From Octopus sinensis (lineage: Eukaryota): a DNA stretch of 64,000 nt. A model generated the notes under the pieces. It made no database searches. It had not been told where the DNA came from and worked only from the letters and a program-made list of their open reading frames with translations. Positions 58,115 through 64,000 of this stretch are shown piece by piece (positions within the stretch are counted from its first letter, which is position 1; each line of letters opens with the position of its first letter). The stretch is taken from positions 1 through 64,000 of the forward strand of contig NW_021835478.1 in assembly GCF_006345805.1 (NCBI RefSeq), written 5' to 3'. A program made the position numbers and the translations under genes.

Positions 58115-59497
58115 ATGAGGAAATCAGTTTTCTGTGTTCATTTAGTCAATTATATTCTATTCTTTATTTTATATATGAAATGTTTCCGAATAAGCAAACT
58201 ACAAAATCGAACTTTTCCCTTTTTCACAAGCTCAGTTATTTAAGTGACATATTATTTAGGTCAAACAAGTTTTAAACATTTCCTTCCATACATTTGCCGA
58301 GGAATCAGTCGAAATCGCCGAAGCATTTCAAAAGGCATTAAAAACCCCCAAAACATTCGGAAACGTGGCCGTGTCTTTCTCGACGGCCACCAATCCCACC
58401 AATTCAAACAAATCCCTTCCAATCCGTCTTCTCCCTGCGAACAATTCTGCCAAATTGGGCTTACTGGAGTTGTCTTATTACAGACACGAGGGAACTGATT
58501 ACTTCACAACGGTCAGCCATGATCTTGTCAGTTGTTCTTGTCTTTCTAATTTGGAGACACACAGGTGGATAAATTCTCTTTGGGACTCGAAAGGAGGCTC
58601 AGAGGAGCGATCAGTGGTGGCAGTTGCCGAGGATTTCAGTTATTAAACGAGGTCAGAGTGTCCTTGGTCGTCTCCAATGATAACCAATTGAGCTGGCCTC
58701 AACTGGATGGTGTTTTGGGGGAGTTGAGGCGGACTTTGATGGACCGTTTTCTCAAAAATGAGATAATCGAGTCCTTTTTTGATTTGTCGTTTGTGGGTGA
58801 TGTATGGTTGTGAATGACTGGCAAGGTCACCCTGAATATGTCGGTCATTGATTCCAGGGATATGAGGGATGTGGGGGAAAGGGTTATGAGGGATCTGGAA
58901 TTGGCCAGAGGTCACGTTCATTTCACATTCATAGCCGGATCGTTGAGTCAGGCGAGGGAGTGGAATTGTGTAGTGGTTGTTCTGCCTCGGAATGAGTCAG
59001 TGCGTGTGTTCAGTCGTGATTTTGGGACAGTCTATTTTGTTAATTCGACTGACGTGCTGGATCCAATAATGGACGTCTTCCTCAGTGATTTCCTGTATTT
59101 GAACGGGATCGACCCCTTCGAGGTATTTGAATAGGGAGAGTTGCCAGAACGAGTCACTGCAGAGACTCCGGGTGGTGGAATGTGCACTAAGGAGTATTAA
59201 GGACAACTGTGAGAGCATTGCAGCCTATTCTCTTCTCGAGTATTCATTTCAGTCTTCCTTTTCTGAACTGTCCGACCATATCCAGTCACTGAGTGAGTGT
59301 GTCGGCGGGTGCGAGAAATCAGTGCGTGAAGTCTATCGTTATTCTAGTCAACTGGTGTCTGACTACAGTTCCTTAGAGTTTGTATCCCCTGGATATGACA
59401 TGAAGTATTTGTGTGTGTATATTCTAGGTTTTTTCTCTTTGTACCCCATTTGAGCACTATCCTTCTCATTATTTACAATTTCTTTTCTAACAAATGA
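58115..59497 (+). CDS. PIGS: GPI transamidase subunit PIG-S-like, multi-exon
   Basis: N-terminal TM segment; VRVSLVV..SW; VHFTFI; FSRDFGTVYFVN; IMDVFLSDFLYLNGI; LQRLR; SSQLVSDYSSLEF..; C-terminal TM segment (FFLFVPHLSTILLIIY) after a 23-nt intron. Order and spacing follow PIG-S, but identity is low. Confidence 0.65.
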
Positions 59498-59619
59498 CAT
59501 TAATATGTGGCTATCCTGTCACAAAGCATTCTTAAAAGAATTTGTATACTTGGAGATTGTTGCAACTGTCAAGAAGGCTAGAGAACGCGTGCTTGTTGGC
59601 GAAAATTGAATTCGTAGAG

Positions 59620-60440
59620 AAGGAAACTGACGTCAAAGATTTTCTGCTTAATTGGCGTATCGTTTCCTCTCAGCACGTCGATGATAGATAAGTTAGCAGT
59701 TTAGCTGCTAAGAATCATTATTCAACCATTGCAGCAGACCAATCGCAAAGCATCTAAAAAATTATCGGAAGGTTGGCAGAGAGGGCTATCATTTACGAAA
59801 TCTATATAATCTTTTTCTGCAGATGAAGTCTCCCAATGTATTAAAAATATGGAAAACTTCCCCCACGGGTCTGGACTACATTTCACTCTGCCACCTTAAG
59901 AGACTTGGCCTTAACGACATCAAAGCCATAGTCTCTATTTACAATAATTTTGTTGGAAAAAACCAAATTCTGTCTGTCTGGAAGAAATCACGCATTATTC
60001 CACTGACCAATCTTATACCGCCCAATCTCTATTTTTTGCACACTAGATAAAATACTTGAGATTATTTCCCGACAGAAGACGATCAAACACACATTCCAAG
60101 CTATCTCTCTTTGATTCTGACCTTCCGCTATTTAAGCACCCAACTGTTCTCGGACTTATCTTTGATGCAACCATGTCTTTCAACAAACATGTTTCGAACA
60201 TCTCAGACAAAACAAACAGGCGTACAAACATTGTAAAAGCAACAAGTGATCGGTGCCCGGGAACTACTCTGATCCCCCTGTCTATCTGCAAGCTTTACCG
60301 AGGGACTCTAATTCGCTATTGGGATCCGTTGTTTTTTCAGGTATTTATAAACAGAACAGAAATTTTTATTGTAAAAAACAAGAGACTGGGACAGAAATTT
60401 TTTGACACCGATAAAACGAGACGACTACTTGAGGCAGTCG
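59620..60440 (+). mobile_element. Internally deleted LINE RT fragment (Jockey/I-like)
   Basis: GLDYISLCHLKRLG..VWKKSRIIPL is joined almost directly to HPTVLGLIFDATMSFNKHV. The RT core domains between them are missing. Confidence 0.75.
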
Positions 60441-61200
60441 AACTCTTCTGAGGAAACGTCTATTTGCTGTCTGGAGCAAGTTGGGCGGTTACTGATTCCG
60501 ATCGATAAATAGGTCGGTCACTTGAAATTGTTTCCGGAAAGACCGAATAGATTTCTCAATGACCTGTCGAATCTCTGGGGACCTGGTCTCCGTACAGATT
60601 AGGACAGGGCCTCGTGAGTCAAGCCTGTAAGCTAGCTTCACAACGTAGCGCCGGATTTTTTCGCATTTCCTATTAATTTTCTCGAGATCTTTCGAGTAGT
60701 ACCACGCTTCCATCTCGTACAGCTAGCTGGGTAGGATGGTTGCGTGGGGACGAAGAGGAAAGTCCCTAGGTCCAGATACATGCTTCTTAGGAGACAGAGA
60801 GCTGCGATGGCTTTCGCTCTCTTTTTCTTGACATGCAGACAGTAACCCGAGTTAGAGTCAATTGTAAGCCCCAGGTAGCGTATCGAGTTGAGGCGGTTAA
60901 TTTCAGCTAGGGGCTCTAATCTGGTGAATTTTTCGAGTTGATTTGCAAGTAAGCTGATTTGTCAATTGCTAACGAGAGCCGCTTGCTGGTGAACCACTTC
61001 TTTATCACCTCAATGTAGGTGGAAAGCCTTCTTTCTGAGGTCTTTGCATCCTTTGAGGTGTCAACGACGAGGACGTAATCTGCATATAAAAGCATATATG
61101 TCCAGGCGTAGGGGGCAAAGGAAAACTGTTCATTAACAATTGAGGAAAAGTGGACTGAGGGAGGACCTTTGCGGCACTCCCTGAGGAGTTTGATGTTCAG
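60440..61200 (-). mobile_element. LINE RT core fragment on the opposite strand
   Basis: QGVPQRSSLSPLF, MLLYADY (YADD-like) and IRYLGLTID. Confidence 0.75.
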
Positions 61201-61700
61201 GTATTTATCGCATCAATTGTTTCTTTTATAGTGATTCCATCATATTTATTTGACAAGTATTTCATGGAGTCTTCCAGGCGCATTTCTATCCCTTCAACAG
61301 TATCCACAGATACTACATATCGTGGGTCAAGCTCTTGGACCTTTTCTAACTGTTCCCGAAATAAAGAAGGGACATACTCATGTTTTAAAGAAATCTCATT
61401 CCCTTTGGAATCCCTACCATTTAGACCAGTGTAGGCATCCAGTTTAGATTCTTTTTAGTTCACTTCAAATATTCGTTCCTCCAAGATTTATTCTTCCCTT
61501 CTTTAGCTTTTGTAATAATGATCTCTTGAATATTATAAATTCTGATTCTGAGGTCATGACGATCCAAAGCATCCACAGATCTTTGTAATTTTCTGTATAA
61601 TCTTTGTTTTTCTTTTCTCAATTTGTAGATCTCTTCAATTTAAGCGTCCTTTGAAGGATAACCTTCCGCAAATACGTTTCAAGGAAAACCAAAATTAGGT
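61200..61700 (-). mobile_element. Possible RLE-type retroelement pre-RT remnant
   Basis: Degenerate CAWKTP..NIWNHYIRK resembles the WKAPGxDGI motif. Many stops. Confidence 0.4.
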
Positions 61701-63284
61701 TCCTGAGATCCAAATCACTTTTTCTAAACGTTCTATTTATTTAATTGGTTCGATTTTCTTCATATCAAGCTCCATGTGATGTATATTTGGAAAAGAGCTC
61801 AGTCTGTTATATCTAACGAAAAAATATTTTTCAAAGTGATTTCTGAATTAAAAACATAATGATGTAGGTATATGATCACTCGCAATTTCGTTCTCAAGAT
61901 TGGTGGTTTCGCAATATTGGATTAGCGATGCAGAGACAAGGTTGACTCTAAGCAATAAAATCCATGCCGTAATAATGGTTCGGAACTGGCGACGTTAGAA
62001 TATAAAATCCATAATCTTCAGAAAGTTTTAGGTTGTGCTTTTAAAGCAACGTGTTTGGAATTACCATCCCGTAATTATTCCATTTGAAAAAATTCCGAAT
62101 GATTTTTGAATATCTCCTAGATTTTCGAAAACATGGCCCCAATAGTGACCCATCCAATTTTTAACTCGAAATTGAAAAGTATAATTTTACTTGATCGGAC
62201 ATTCATGTCACCAAATTGATTAGGCATAATATATTTGCAATTTTGATTGGTAGTGTGGGATACGGGGAATGGCCAGTAACAACGACGTGATTTGTCTAAA
62301 CGCGTTTATTTCAATCAAATTCTCTACCTAGACAAATGAATTCTTCAATTTAGTTCCCAACTGAGTAAAATTGAAGAATTTGTTGGGACTCGTTGTCAAT
62401 TGCACCACCAGCATAAGCTTCACTCACGTGATTAAAAACTGTCCTGTCTGTGAAAACGGAGTCAATTCAGGTACTTCTCATCTAAAGATTTCAGGCCACC
62501 TTATTTCGAAGTGTCTGTGACGTTGGTTAATAACCCATTTCAGTTTTACTGTGATGAATTGGCAATGGTATACCGAACTGTGAGTGTCTATTGCATTTTG
62601 TTATTTCATCAAACAAATGATGTTATATTAGACACTCATATACTGTAGATAGAGCCACAGTGATTCTCGAGCGAAATTCTGTCAGGTTATTGAGGATTAT
62701 AGTGCAGTCAATGATTGACTTGTTTAAAGAGATATGTAGACAGAGTCCTTCCCAGTAAGACACCATGTTGACTCCCATAATTCTCGAATAATGGTGAGAG
62801 ACACGTAAAGAAGAGTATTGCATTGTTTTGGGCATCTCGACTAAAAAGTGTAACTGCTTACTCAGTCTGTAGATTTTGTAATTCCACTCAGTTAGTCAAA
62901 TTACACAGTTCCCAAAACTGCCCTGTCCTCATAATAAATGTGAGTGAAATCGCGCAAGAAAAATCTGTTTGATGTCATTTTGCCCAATGTAGTTGACTTG
63001 TATATAATTCGACTGAAGAATATTGTGCCATTCCAGACCTCATACGAGATGGTTCGTATTTCGCGAAAAAGCTACTGGGTGTGTTATCGATTTGCATTAT
63101 CAAATTTAATAATTCATTTAATTAAAAATATTATTTGAATGATAACCTGATTCCAATTAAATATACAATTGAGGTTTGACTGATGAGTTTAAAATGCCTG
63201 CGCTTTAATCAGGACCACGGTGTGAGGCTGACCCATAAATATTAAGAGTGTTTCATATGTGGGACAGAACACGGCCTTCGAATC

Positions 63285-64000
63285 TTCAATATGGAAAACT
63301 TCCCCCACGGGTCTGGACATTTCACTCTGCCACCTTAAGAGAATTGGCCTTAACGACATCAAAGCCATAGTCTCTATTTACAATAATTTTGTTGGAAAAA
63401 ACCAAATTCTGTCTGTCTGGAAGAAATCACGCATTATTCCACTGACCAATCTTATACCGCCCAATCTCTATTTTTTTGCACACTAGATAAAATACTTGAG
63501 ATTATTTCCCGACAGAAGACAATCAAACACACATTCCAAGCTATCTCTCTTTGATTCTGACCTTCCGCTGTTCAAGCACCCAACTGTTCTCGGACTTATC
63601 TTTGATGCAACCATGTCTTTCAACAAACATGTTTCGAACATCTCAGACAAAACAAACAGGCGTACAAACATTGTAAAAGCAACAAGTGATCGGTGCCTGG
63701 GAACTACTTTGATCCCCCTGTCTATCTACAAGCTTTACCGAGGGACTCTAATTCGCTATTGGGATCCGCTCAAAACCAGGAGCGTTGTTTTTTCAGGTAT
63801 TTATAAACAGAACAGAAATTTTTATTGTAAAAAAACAAGAGACTGGGACAGAAATTTTTTGACACCGATAAAACGAGACGACTACTTGAGGCAGTCGAAC
63901 TCTTCTGAGGAAACGTCTATTTGCTGTCTGGAGCAAGTTGGGCGGTTACTGATTCCGATCGATAAATAGGTCGGTCACTTGAAATTGTTTCCGGAAAGAC
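63285..64000 (+). repeat. Second copy of the composite LINE segment 59846-60545
   Basis: Near-identical sequence and ORFs (63496 versus 60056). It includes the junction into the opposite-strand LINE piece and runs off the window end. Confidence 0.9.

Noticed and set aside
61700-63250. Possible decayed LTR/integrase sequence
   Set aside because: No convincing catalytic motif was found in any frame by eye.

Overview
AT-rich, gene-dense eukaryotic DNA, almost certainly from a highly reduced animal. It has an innexin gene, a metazoan-type SPT6 S1 insertion, and GT-AG introns of only about 23-31 nt. A dicyemid mesozoan is my best guess, by inference only. Host genes: a band-4.1/FERM protein, SPT6, Nup62 with an unusual GLFN repeat expansion, SYS1, ILKAP (PP2C), an innexin, a PIG-S-like gene and two unidentified ORFs. 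Positions 1-~17015 recur at 24093-~42120 (offset 24,092 bp), so FERM, SPT6, Nup62 and several transposons appear twice. Mobile DNA is abundant: (1) a full-length, TSD-flanked, PHD-finger CRE-clade retrotransposon ~420 bp upstream of SPT6; (2) fragments of further CRE subfamilies; (3) R4/NeSL-like and APE-type LINE remnants; (4) hAT and IS630/Tc1 remnants; (5) a 6.5-kb Helitron whose interior is a ~58-copy 95-bp satellite with higher-order structure. Scattered 1-bp indels, mostly in homopolymers, suggest uncorrected long-read errors, so frameshift calls are provisional. All identifications are by manual motif recognition and manual splicing; no database searches were run.
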